NCBI GenBank assembly: GCA_010356995.1
Contig: ML996696.1
Location: 374,364-438,363 of the forward strand
Direction: 5' to 3'
Source of the DNA: Trichodelitschia bisporula
Lineage: Eukaryota
DNA length: 64,000 nt
This document shows, piece after piece, positions 23,891 through 36,810 of this stretch. Every line of letters starts with the position of its first letter. Within the stretch, counting starts at the first letter, position 1. Made by a program: the position numbers and the translations under genes. Under the pieces are notes generated by a model. The model was not told the origin of the DNA. It was given only the letters and a program-made list of their open reading frames with translations, and did no database searches.

Positions 23891-26833
23891 ATGTTTCGCA
23901 ATCGGTATTTACACCTGTCCCTCGCACCCCTCTGAGCCGCTGCGTCAACTTCGCCAGACTGCAAAGCGTTTCGCTGGCCCGGCCACGAAGGGGTGCGTGG
24001 TGGTTGAAGGCTGACAAGGCTTTGCAGGAAAACCTCTCAGAAGCCGAGCGACGGCTTCTATGAGGCCTTCAAGGCAACATTTCCACAGCTCGCCAGCACA
24101 AGCACATCGGTCGATGGATCACACACTACGACGACCGCTCCAGGCTCGCTTGATATCAATGACACTACGCGGTACGTTTTCTCAGAATATCCTGATCTCT
24201 TTCGTACGGAGTAACTCCGTCTTTTCCACAACACCTCCAGAACCCTGCATTGCTTCGACGCGCTGCAGCTCTTGGGATATCCTCTTCCTGTTGGTCGTTA
24301 CCCTTTCCCTGACGGAGCACACTCCCGTCATTCTCACGCCATCTTCTGTGCCCTGCGCTACTCCTACTCGCAGCAACCCCGCACGAAGCTCTATGCGCCC
24401 AGAGATTGCGGCTCCATCACGTCGGGCCTCGTCGATCATGAGCTGATATATTCTTGTTGCGATATAGGCCGTATGCCGATGAACATGACCTCAAGGATAT
24501 GGATCCGACCCCCAAGGGGAATGAGCCTTGGAGATTCACGCCGTCGCTGCTTGACCCCAACAGCTTCGCATTCTCCAGCTTCGCCAATCAGCCTCCGGGC
24601 TATTACACGCCCACACCAGGAGGTACCAACACCCTCTACCACAGTCAAGCAGGCGACCTTCACACACCAGGCTTCACCATGGGTCTAGGGACTCCATTAT
24701 CCCTCCCAACCTCCGAAGGCTCGATGCATGCCGGACACGCGCATAGTGGCAACTTGCATGCCTTCCAGGCGCAAGTATCAGCGATAGCGCCTAACGCCTT
24801 TCACAACGCCAACCCATTTGCCTTCCATCAGCAACAACACCATCCGCAGCAACAGCAGCAGCATGAATCGTTCGCTCCTCACGAGTTCTCGCACCGGCCT
24901 CCGACGTTTGAAACCTTCAATTCGTCACATGAGGATGCAAAACTGGACGCGATGCATTTGGACACCGACATGCAAGAGCATTCACCCGCGGGACCCTTTG
25001 TCCGGACAGACTTGAAGCCTGATATGCAGCATGCGGTGATAGCGCCGCCACCAATGGAGAAGTATGTCGTTTTCGCGCGCTGTGGAGTGTGCCATGTTGA
25101 CAAATCATAGCTTCCGGTATCATGTCACGCTGAACGCGCCGACCGCCATGATCAGACATGCGGATGAGATTCCAGTGACTTATCTCAACAAAGGACAAGC
25201 GTACTCCATATTGGTTATGGACACGACGCCCGCACAGCACACTGTAATCCCCCCAACTTATCGGACATTCGTTCGCATCTCGTTCGAGGACGAGACGCAA
25301 CGTCAGCGGCCAGCGGCTTGTTGGCAACTATGGAAAGAGGGACGGGGTAGCAACGAAGCTCATCAGCGCGGAGGTAGGCTCCAAGCTGTTGAGTTTGTCG
25401 ACCAGAGTCACTCCAGCAGCCTCGATGCCGCCTCACGGCCTCGGATTGAGCTGGAATCTGCCTCGTTTGATGGCTTCTCCGTGATCTGGACTCCTCCACC
25501 GAACGGCCCGCCAGAGTGCGCTGTATCTGTCCGATTCAATTTCCTGTCAACGGATTTCAGCCACTCCAAGGGCGTGAAGGGCATTCCAGTCCGGCTTTGT
25601 GCGAAGACTGAGCTACGAAGCTCAGTGTCTTCACCTGACACCAGCAGGGCTGAGATCTGCTTTTGCAAGGTCAAGCTGTTCCGCGATCACGGCGCGGAGA
25701 GAAAACTAGCCAACGATGTGGCGCACGTCAAAAAGTCGATCGAGAAGCTCAAGCAACAAATTGCCCAAGTTGAGGCCGGCACTGGGGACCATGGGAAGCG
25801 GAAAAGAAGCGGATCTCAGTCCAGGCAGATGCCCAACGCGAGGCCCGGCAAGGTTCAGAAGCACAAGCGAACTTGGTCGATGTCGTCTGCCAGTTCGGCC
25901 GGCAACAGAGCCTCGCAAGAAGAGGACCTGCAGCTGAAGCTTGCCGCGTATCAGGACATGTTTACGTCCACGCGGCCCACCAGCATTCTCTTCCTTAAGG
26001 GCGATGAAATTGACGATCCCGACCTTCATCCTGTTTACTTGACCGGAGAGCCTCACGACCTGACCAGGACGACGGAGACCAACGACACGTCCATGTGGGA
26101 GAGGCAAAGCGTGGCCACTTCATCAATCGTCTCGCCGACACCCAGCCAACACTCCATCCCGTCCATCGAGCGTTGTAACTCGACGTTCCAACAGCCGAGC
26201 GCTTTTCCCGTCACGAAGGAGTGGCCCAGCATTTCTCAAACAGCCACCGGCGACCTGGCACCAAACGGCCACCATTTTAGCCTGTCCAGCATCCCTGTCA
26301 AAGTGACCAGGGTCAACAAGTCGGACAACGAGAACCTCTCGAGCTGGATCGAGGCATTGGGTGTTGATTACAGCTACCAGCCACCCCCGGACCGTCCCGT
26401 CAAGCCGAGTAAGTGGTCGCAAATTTTTTTTGGTATGACAAAGCTAACCCAAGTAAAAGTTGCATGCTTTTACGTCCAACCCCGGTTTGTCGGGAGGCCC
26501 CCTGAAGACAATTATTACCGCGCTGTGTATCTCATGCAGCGTAATCTCCACGATTTTATCCATGGAATCGCTGTCAAGTGCAAGGTTGAGCCACATAAGG
26601 TTCTCCGCATCGTCCGCATCAACAAGCAGGGTCTCAACATCCTTCTGGACGACCAGTCTGTCGTGGAGCTGCCTGAAGGCCAGGACATGGTTGCCGAATT
26701 CCAGGAATTCCGGTCTCACTCTCCCATGAAGCGGGAATGGGACACGAATCCAGACAACGTCCAAGCGGATGGTGATATGGATCTCGTCAACACCGTCCAG
26801 TCGGAAGGTTATGAGCTTCGCTTGCTTTACTAG
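23891..26833 (+). CDS. CP2/Grainyhead-like transcription factor (family of Neurospora CSP-2/GRHL)
   Basis: Exons 23891-23904 (MFRNR), 24028-24171, 24468-25061, 25111-26408, 26460-26833. CP2 domain FRYHVTLNAPTAM..IPVTYLNKGQAY..FNFLSTDFSHSKGVKGIPVRLCAKT..CKVKLFRDHGAERK; C-terminal YYRAVYL..ELPEGQDM. Confidence 0.93.
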
Positions 26834-29800
26834 CTGGCCTAGTCAAAGACGTCGGCACTCCATTCGTTTTTTCCTTATCACGACGTTTTATGATCATCCT
26901 GCAATCCATTGTACTATTCCTCTTCGAGGCATCTAAGGGTTTCAACCCTGGAGTTCGTCGGCCTGGGAGGACACCCTCTGGTGTTTTCTATTGCTCTTTT
27001 ATTTCCTTGTCGGCTTGTGGGGGATACGGTCCCCTCATGCGGTTTCTTTTCTGCGATACCCAGAGCTTTGCACTCGCCCCCATGGTCAGCTCTCGACCTT
27101 CAGACACTCGGTTCAGATTGAGAATGGGTTTTCTTTTTGGTGCTCTCTTCTCAGACATGAATGTCTATCTAATATGGTCTGCCTCGCGCGCGAGACGCAC
27201 GCACACACACCCCATCAGGGAGCCTAGAAACATGGTGCCTATACAAGATGGACCGTTCGGCCGCGCGAATGCTTTGTATTGGCTGGCCATGATAATAGGG
27301 CCTCAGCTACCTTTTTCTCTCGTTATGCCCGGTTCCGCCACGCACAGCCTCGTCTGTCGGCTCGAAAGCAATGATTACTACCTCTCCCTTCGCGTCTGCT
27401 TTTCTCGCTCTGCTCTCATTTTCTTCATGGTACATCTGGACGTCTTTCTCAACTTCCTTTTTCCTACTACTACTGCGCTCATCGCTCCTACTATCCTCGC
27501 AAGTTCTTGCCCCCAACGGATATGGACAAGCGCACGCAGAGAGCTACGATGCGGCTACGCGGACGACTTCGTCCGAATTGTCGACACGATTCGCGTTCCG
27601 TCTTACTTTACTTTGACCACCTTGTTCCGCACGGCCCCCTCGTAGTTGCACACTACCGCAACCACAACGCGGCTGCGCGGGATAAGGTTGTCACGGTTAG
27701 GTAAGACGGAACGCGAATATCCATATCCATCGGGGGTAGGAAGTAGGGATTGTGGAAGTAGGGATTGTAGAAGTGGCAAGAGGCGGTGACCGGAATGTGA
27801 GAAGAGGAGGGGAGGGGAGGCTTGGGGATTGCTTCGTTGTACTACAGTAGCGAGGAGGAATGCGGTTCGTAGTTGGACAAAAAGGGGTACAATACGAAGG
27901 GGAAGACAAACCCTCGCTTTGTACACAACGTGTTTCTTTCACTTGCATGTGTCTTCGTTCTGGTGAAGGGGTCTATCGTCCCCTATCAACGGGGCCCGAC
28001 GTCTCCAGCGGCCCAGTAGTTCTAAAGCCGACCTCTCGGCCTCAACCACTCGCAAATCCGTCGTTTCCCCATCGTTGCATCGCATCCCCGCTGTCGCCGC
28101 CGCCTACGTCTTTGTCAAGGGCCCGAATTTGCACTTTACGCCACTGCAGTACGTATTCGATCCATCGCTACCGCGCGCCCACGCCTTTGACATCCCAGTG
28201 GTCCTATGGTTTCAACGCCCCACGGTTGTACGTAGTACAGTAAAGTTGAGACATACCCCGCCCTTCGGCCCGTCCAGGGCGGGGTGAAAAAGGCGGTGCA
28301 AAGGCAGCATGACGGAGAGCCATCTTTCCCGTCTGCCATTGATTCTCCATAATGCTTGTATTCCCGCCCCCGCACGCGTCAGCTACATCCAGCCTCCTGC
28401 ACATCAACCGCGTCAAAACCGAACAGGCCCGCTATGAATCTCTACTGGCCGACTGGCAACACTCACCACATCTACCCCCCTGCCACTGCGGCCCAAGTGT
28501 GGCGAGTAACGGGCTAGTTCTAGTTCTACGTCGTACAACCCCGCAGGACGCGGGCGCATGTGGCGATGCACGGATGGAGAATCTATGGCAGCGACCGCGT
28601 CAACTCCTTCAGCCACTTTGGGGTGGAGGACGGGCTGGACTGCGCGGGGGGTGAGGGATGGGCTCTGCGTAGGGACATGAACCGCTATCGCGACGTTACG
28701 AAGCTTTACTCGTGGGAGGAGGAATGGGTAGGATCGGTACTCGGTGCAGCGCTGAGGGTGATATGAGAAGGGCCTAGGCTGCGGAGGCGGAGTTTACTCC
28801 GCCTATGAAAGGTACGCGATCGGGGTGCGGGGTTTGAGGGGCGGGCATCGGGGGGTGGGTAAGTTCAATGTCCCGCAATCAGCAACAGACGCAGTACGAT
28901 TCCTCACCCCCAAAAAGTACAGCGCACAGCTTCAGCGGTCAAATTCAGCCTAGGAAGTCTACTGCCGCAGTTGCGGCATCCTCATCAGCCCGAGAGCCCT
29001 GACATGGGATTCCTGCACTTTGGCGTTTTGCGAGGGACGGACATGCCGGGCGGACGGGGGTCATTTGCCACTGTCCGCATGCCCCCTCGCTCGACTACTG
29101 CGTCTTTTACGCTTTTGCGCTTTTGCGCCTTTGCCCTGCAGATTGTTTATGCATGCCGGGTGGTGCGTGGGCTGTCTGGGCGTGCAGGATGCTAGGCTCT
29201 GTTGGAGAGGTCGTTGGGGTTTGTTTTGCGCTGGATTGCAGATGGATTCTGCGGCTTGATGGGTGCGATGGGGGCGCCGTCGGCGCGATGGAAGGAACGG
29301 AGTGCCTTGTTGGTGTTTGGACGTCTCTCGGACCCGATCCGAGTGCGGATGGCACTTTTCGCGAAGCGGCCCGGCGGGCGGGGGTGTCTCGTGTGGCGCC
29401 ACAGGGTTCTGCGGGTGAGGTGGCACGCGGAGGCTTTTGGATAAGCAAAGACGCCAGTTGGTCTTGGGCAAGTCTTCTCCTTCCCTATCGTAGCCCCTCC
29501 CTCGCTGCTGATGAAAGTGAGAGGGAGGACAACGCGGGTCCTGCCGTTGTGGCCTGGCCTAATGGAAATTGGAAATCCTACTTTGGGCCATGCAGTGGTA
29601 TTGTTTGGATGATGCAGTGCCACGCGTGGCTGAGGGTTTTGATGGGGGCTTGCTTTTTGTGCTTTGCCACTTTTGATGAAGTGCAGAGGCGCAAGCGGGA
29701 AAATCCATGGAGCTGCGAGGCCTAGATAGGAGCCTTACCGCTTGGGTGTGTCTGCGACGATGGTACTTTGAGCGTCGCGCGAGAGGGATATCTTTGCCCG

Positions 29801-32800
29801 CTGGCATGTGGTTCCTTTCTTCTCCGCGGAATATGTCGATACGTTTGGTACTGGCGATGCAGATTCCTGCCCGCTTGAGCGCATCAACTCCACACCATCG
29901 ATATACGAAGAGCAGCATCAATAGCAAGCTGCTTATATCGGCCCATCCGATCGCGCGACTAGGCACAAACGAGCAACCGCTCGCAGTTAAGATCAGCAAC
30001 CCCCTCGATAATAATAGCCGGTGATGTGTCCGCACAACCCGATCGCGGAGAACACGTTTGCCTTGTCCTAAATGGCCGTTGGCGAAAAAGCGCGCCGGTG
30101 TCTTCGATACAAGCCCGCAGCAACAAGTGGCAGCCACGGGCAGCGCTAAGAGTCCCGAGCTGTCAGAGAAACCTCCGGCGACGATTGCAGATCCCTCATC
30201 TGCCTGCGACTCGGTGAGAAAGAATTGGAGAGAAGTGAGTCCTAGTGCTGCTGGCTCCCCTCCCTTGCGGTACTCTCCGTCCGGTACCCTGGTCCCTCAT
30301 GTCTGTAGGGCGGAATGCGTGACCCAATATATCGCTGATCGTCGACATGCCAGATACGCCATGCGACCTCGGCACGTCCAAACGCTCCACGAAGCCGCCA
30401 ATCACACGCCTCAGCACAGATAGCGGGTAAAAAGCTGAAGCTATGCGCTGTCCATATCCAAAGCCGCTACAAACCAGCAAAAAAAATACTAACGGTACGT
30501 CCTCCTCAGCTCAATTTGCACTGTCGACAAAAAAGAACCGCCAAGGCCAGTGACGTAGCTAGCTTCAAATCCCCATCATCATCAATCTCCTAATCCCCAC
30601 CAATTCGCATCCAACCCGCCCAACAATCCCCATTAAACCCCCCCACCAAATCACCTTTCCCATCGCAAGCGAAGGTACCCCCCCCCCATGCAAGCGGGGT
30701 CTCGGCAAGCCACAGGCCACGCAACTCTGGCGCCGTCCACGCCCAGGGTTCAGGGTCGTGTGGGCCACTCAGAGCCAGCTATGAGCGCCATTGACGTCAC
30801 AACATTGGCGCATCGATCCCTTCCGCCTTAGCGGCCAGCCAACGAACAGTGCCGGTGGCAACGCTACGTAGTTTAACCATCACGGGGTTTCACGTGACTT
30901 CCGCCCGTTGCATCCCGACGATCCCCCTACTAAGGTACGCGCCGATGCAAAATACCCGAATGCACATTTTGGGGCTATTAACAAACCTCTCCTAACTCCA
31001 ACGGAAGTTCCCCCGCCACGATCCTCCACACCGTCGTCTCGGCGCGGAACTTTGCATTCCACCTGCCATCCTCGTACCGCAGCCCTCGGCCCGCCCTCCC
31101 CTCCCTAATTCGGGTGTTGCCGCGCGCCTCTCACGCACCAGGGGTCCCCAGCCCCAGCGCCGCAGGATATGACGTCAGGCGTGGGGCCGTGCGCCCGAGC
31201 GGTACGCGGAACGCAAAAGCGCAAAAGGTACCGTGCGAAATATGGAAGCTGCCCCCGCGCGAGTCGTCCGCGCTCGTACGATATATTCTGCGGACTATTG
31301 GGCCACGCGTTGCGCGATCTGCGATGTGTAGGGTAAGAGACGCAGGGCTAGCGCTACTATGCACTGCCGTCGCAGTTACCTCCGTGCCCATCCCCTTCTG
31401 GAACGGCATTTGTGTCTGGTGACCGGTGTCGATCGTGCTGGGGGCGGCCACGCATGTTGATGCACGGCGCAGAGCGGGTGTTGATCGTCGGTGTGGGGCG
31501 GTCTTGTCGTGGCGAAATGTGGTAACGAAAAGTTAGAGAGGTTTCGTTGTTGAAAGTTACTTTTTTTGCAGGGGCCCCTGGCTGTGGCGGTGCGATGCTG
31601 GGATCTTTGCGCTTGGGATGAGACGGAGAGGGAGTGACGTAGCGCCTGCTTGCGACAGCATGATGCGAGGGCAACGGCGGTGAGAGTGAGGGAGTTTTGG
31701 ATGTGCGTGGGAGCGAGGAATGCGAGGGGTTTGTCACTGGGGTGAAATTAGGCGCGAGTCAGTGGTGGTCTCCGGGGATAGCGGTCCGTGGGAGATGGGG
31801 GAGGATGCGCGTGGCTCCGATGGCTGGGGTGGTGTAACGAGATGAAAGGACGGCATTGCTGAATTTGTGCATTTGCATTGTGGGGACTCCGATGGCGGAC
31901 TCAGGAATGGCATATCGTAGAAAGGCTAGAATACGGCGCTTGCTCCGATGTTCAGCCTTGGAGGTGGCTGACTTTCAGCCTTGCAAGCGCGATAAAGCTT
32001 AACATATTTCGAAATATCAATTCTTCAGTCCCAAAAAGGACAGCTGAGTCGCAAGTGGCTTCTAATGATGCCATGTCATTCGTCCATTTGAAAAAGTGTG
32101 TGCAAAAAAGAGGAATACGGTAGAGGCAAACCGACGTCCCCATAACGGGGTGACCCCAAGATCCGAACGGTCTAGATCGGAGCCAACCCCGATGTCATCG
32201 GAGAATATCCCCTAGCCATTGCCCAGAGTTCCCAGTTCCTTTTTAGGCGAAGATGGCATTCGCCACGTCCCGGATTCAGCAGTCCCTACCCGCTTTGAGC
32301 GTTGAGCTACCGTTTCTTCAGCCTCAATCTTCCCTGCACCTCTCCTCCCATTCGCTTGTCGTTATGGACACAGCACTTTCTGGGGAAAGATCTTCGATAG
32401 CGCCTCATGAGGCGGGAGCAATGATGTAGCCACATGTGGCTCGTATGTGCTTCGCCTCAAAGTGCCGCTCCCATTCAACCCTTACCCATCGATACAGCAC
32501 CCTCACAGGCAGAGATGATGGATAGACAGGTGCTAGCCTGATATAAGAAGCATCGAAGGAACCTCCCATCGGCGACATTCACACGATATTCGCCACAGCA
32601 TCTAAATCGACTGGCAGTTGCTAAAGTGGAGATGGACATGTACGCTACAGTACCCCGTTCAATACAAAAGCGTTACATATTCTTTAAGACCCTTAAACAC
32701 CTGCATCGATTATCAGTGAACCACTGTCCCGGAAATACGCCATGTCCATGTTGCCAGCACCTTAACCAACCGAGATCGCTTCGATCAACTTCCATGTGGG

Positions 32801-32878
32801 GAAAGAACCTGCGCCAAGTTACCCTGTTGATCGGCCGCAACTCCGCCTATCGTGCGGGCGAGAACAGCTCGCTCCCAC

Positions 32879-35028
32879 TCAAGACCTGTTGATCTCGGGT
32901 CCAGACGCGGAAGACTGCATGGCCTGCTTCCACCAGTGCTGGCCAGGCTTGCTCTGAGACTGGGCCTTCTTGCCTTTCTTCGGTTCCTCGCCTTTGTCGA
33001 GGCTTCCGTCACTGTCGCGCTGCTGGTTTCCGGAGCTCTTCCTCAAACTGAAAGTTTGCTTGCCACCATCACTCGATGAGCCGTTTTTGCTCTCCTTGCT
33101 GTCGCTACTCTTCTTGCCCTCGCTGCTCTTCTTGCTCTTGAGACTGGACTTGCTCTTCGGACTCGGCTTGCCCTCGGCCCCCTTCTTACCACCCGAACCC
33201 TTCTTCGCCTTGCGACCCGTCAGTCCACCGAACACCTTCTTCTTGCCCGTGCCGGGGCTCGAACCATCCTTTGTCTTCGCTGATGCCTCAGCGTCGGCAC
33301 CAATCGAATCCGGGGATGGAGTACCAGCCGGGGGGGACATATTTACACTGCGGATAACCGTCTCAACGCTAGCCACCGACGAGAGGCTCATATTGCGGCG
33401 GCCAGGAGCCTTCAAGCTGGACTTCAGGATGGGACTGACGTCATGCTCGGGGCTGGAGTCAGGAAGGGGTTGAGCGGTGGCGCGAAGGCTTGACTGTGAG
33501 CTGGCACGACGGGGTGCAGCGAGTGTATTCGGAACCTTGGGACTAGGGATACGGGACTTGGTGGAAGAGGCGGCCCGCAGGAGACTCGGTGAAGAAGGCT
33601 TCATTGCCGACTGGTCGTCACCGTTGACGAAGGAGAAGGAACGGGCGGACTTGCGGTTCGAGGTCGGCTGACGGTCATCAGATGATGAGCCTACGTTACC
33701 GGATGCCATTCTCTCCGATGACAGTTCGCCTCCCTTCGGCTGGGCAGCCTCGACGAAGACATCTTCCGTCAAGCCACCGTACCACTTGAGCTTCGGGTCA
33801 CCGAGACCGCGCCCCTCGGGAGTCGCAAGTAGGTCTCCCTCATTCGGCGATGGGATGTTGATAGTGGTCACCTTGCTAGAAAGGCAGAGTTCAAGCACCA
33901 TCCGAGCTTCCTGAACAGTTATGCCTCGACCTTCGGTCATGAGGCGGGCGACATGGTCGAGTGACCCCTTGGCGTTTTCAAAAACTGCGACCTCATCCAG
34001 AAGGTTACTGGCATTCGTGATTCCACCGCCAGGAATCATGGCCGGTCGCGCAAGCTTCTTGGGAGACACGAAGCCTTCGTTAAGGTCAATCTTGATGGCT
34101 GGGGGAGGTGTCTGGTAACCCATGAGATGCGACTCGCTCATGGCACGCGAGAATGCCGGGCGCCCATCATCTGTACTGGTTAGCAAAGGGCGCCTCGATT
34201 GGAAAACCCGTTTTTACCTTTGTGTTGCTCGGGCTGTTTCGAATCAGGCGCTTTGCGACGGCCTTGCACTGACATTGCTCCAGGCAGAATCTGTCCCGAC
34301 TTGATGATTTCTTCCAGACGACGGACCTCGGCCCTCACCATGGCATCCCCAGTCGCCCAGTTATCATATAGGATCCCGCGCTCGTCCTTGAGGGTCTTGA
34401 TCTCAATTTCAAGCTGCGCAACCTTGGCAACCACAGTCCGATGCTCGTGCATGAGCTCCAGGATGGCGTTGAAGTACGTCGGCGGCATCGGCTTGGTCCA
34501 GTTGCCGGTGATGAACTTGAACAGTGAGTTCATTACCTGTTCAATGTTGACGTGCGGGATTTCCTTCGGCGGCTCGACAATATCGGGAATTGTGCAGTCA
34601 TTGAAGGGTTCCCGAAGACTGCTGTTGTTGCTCGATATCTGTCCGAGGTTGAGGTAACTGCTGGCGCGTGACATGACGGTGCGACGCCTGGACTTGGTAT
34701 CGACGGCTAGCAATGTCGGCGTCGGCGTGTTTCTGAAACTGGGCGACATGGTTGCGAGTGCTTCAGTAATGTCAGTATCCGATAGATTCTCGCTTGCGAG
34801 TACAGAGCGGCCGAGCTCGGTGTTGTCGCGACATTTCTCCTTGGCTCTGCCCTGCGGAGTGCCCTTCGGAGTGCCGCAAGTCACACCCTGAGGCGTGCGC
34901 TGAGGAGTGCGCTGCAGAGCTCGCTGACTAGTATGATACGGCGTGCGCGGCCGTCCACGAGGTGTCGTGTCAGACGGCGACAGAGAGCTGGGACGCTGCT
35001 GGCCGCCGCGGAGTAGAGACTCCGCCAT
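32879..35028 (-). CDS. Fungal hypothetical protein (~700 aa) with a central coiled coil and Ser/Lys-rich disordered tail
   Basis: Exons 35028-34218 and 34170-32879 joined in frame by intron 34217-34171 (GTAAAA..GCTAAC..CAG). Coiled coil VAKVAQLEIEIKTLKDE..AEVRRLEEII. Confidence 0.75.
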
Positions 35029-35973
35029 TACGAAATGGAGACCTATTAAGAGAGTGGCTTTGTTGGCATACAGACTGGCCGATGTAGCATACCGAGATTT
35101 GGAAACCGAGTAACGTTGTGGGTGTTTCTGGACGAGGGACTGTGGAATGTTTGGGAATGAGTGAAAGGTGAAGATGGTGAGAAAGTGGGAGTGAGGAGCC
35201 GTGGCTTGAGTGGTGTCCATGACTACAGTGCTTGTGTACGTGATTGCTACAGCCGCAGTGTTGTATCGGCAGGCGCGACCATCGCGACTTCCGTTTTGGT
35301 CTAAATGGTGGCCTCAGGCCCCAAGTTTGCCAACTGCTACAACACCTCAAGGCTACAACACTAGCAGCAAACATATTCAAAGGCGTCAAGCTCAGTCGTA
35401 TCGTTCTTCCGAGCCACTACAAGTCGGACGAGACCAGGGGAAATGGCCGCACTAGTCTGGAGTCAAGGAACTGTTGGCAAAAGACCTGTCTGAATTGCTA
35501 TATGCTATATTCCTCAGAACAAAAAGCCATGGATAAGGATTGCTCATCTTCCTGAACACTCACCACCGTCACCACCTCGCCCCCTTGGCCCAACAACGTG
35601 ATCCCAAACAAAAACAATAAGCTGAAAGCTTGGAATGTAAGCCCCTCTTCATGCACCTCAGCTTCATGGGTGACAAGCAGGGTGTTTGGTAATGAGAGGT
35701 TCGTCTATCTCGGCACGTAGAATTATTCCTTCAGCTGCTAGACATTGAAAGGTCGTAGCGCTGTACACACATATGCCTTGTCGATTGGGTTGTCGCTGTG
35801 ATTTCAACTTCACGACATGCAGTCACGGCAGCACAGCTTACTCTTGCTCTGGTTTCGTCGATGATTTTACCTCATCAGCACGAGACTAGCATACACCGCT
35901 CCGAGTGTAACGCACGCCCTTGATGCCAATCCCATGAATGCAGAATCAACTCCGTTGTCGTAAGAGGAAAAAA

Positions 35974-36359
35974 TCATGCCGCGTCACGCTTGCCGTCCTT
36001 GACCTCCTTCTGCAAGCAATAGTCAGCACTGGCATAACGGACGGATATTCCCAGGGGTGGACGGACCAGAGCCTTCATCGTGCCGTGCAGAGCATGCCTG
36101 TGGTTCCGGCGGAACTTGGGGTCGGTGCCCTTGAGCGAAGGGTAACGGTTGGTCTTGGGCTTCTTGATACTATGAAGCAAAGGGCGTTAGCTATCCGTTG
36201 TGCCTGCAGGTGAGCCACTGAATGGCCGCTGATGTGTTCGGCGTACCCGTTACGGTGAGCCTTCTTGCTCTGGTTGTGCTGGGACGAGTTCTTAGACTCT
36301 AAATTCGTTCATTAGCATCGCACAATCGATTTGTGTTCCTGGAAAAACATACTGGCCAT
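35974..36359 (-). CDS. RPL29: 60S ribosomal protein eL29
   Basis: Four exons giving [65 protein letters not shown]. Confidence 0.97.
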
Positions 36360-36810
36360 TGCGACTGTCTTGGTCCGTCGAAGTTGGATGGAGTGGCTTG
36401 ATGAACTGTCGTGGGAACAAAATCCAAAGTGCGCGCGGGAGGTTCGCTGCGGTCTGTGCGCTAAACCGTATTCGCTGCTAGCGGGCCAAGACTCCAAACC
36501 GAAGCGGTGCCTAGCAACCGGAATATCGTTCTTCCGTTCCGAAATATTTCATCGATGGCGTGCCAAAGAGTGCTGTTTACACGTAGATGTCCTTACTTAC
36601 ATAGTGTCGCATTCACAAGCATGTGGTTTATGAGTACTCATTGATTCCGTATACCACTGTGACCTAGCCCTCTAACTTCACGATATGCAACCTCCCCTAA
36701 CAAGTACAGGACCACTATCCCGCTAACTCAACCTATGTTCAGTTGTACAAATTGCCAATACGACCTGCAACATGCCAAATGCTCGCTATCCACTTGTTCG
36801 AGAAAGAAAC

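Noticed and set aside
26890..27645. 251-aa hydrophobic ORF after Grainyhead
   Set aside because: Probably a T-rich 3' UTR read-out; starts 57 bp after the stop with no promoter space.
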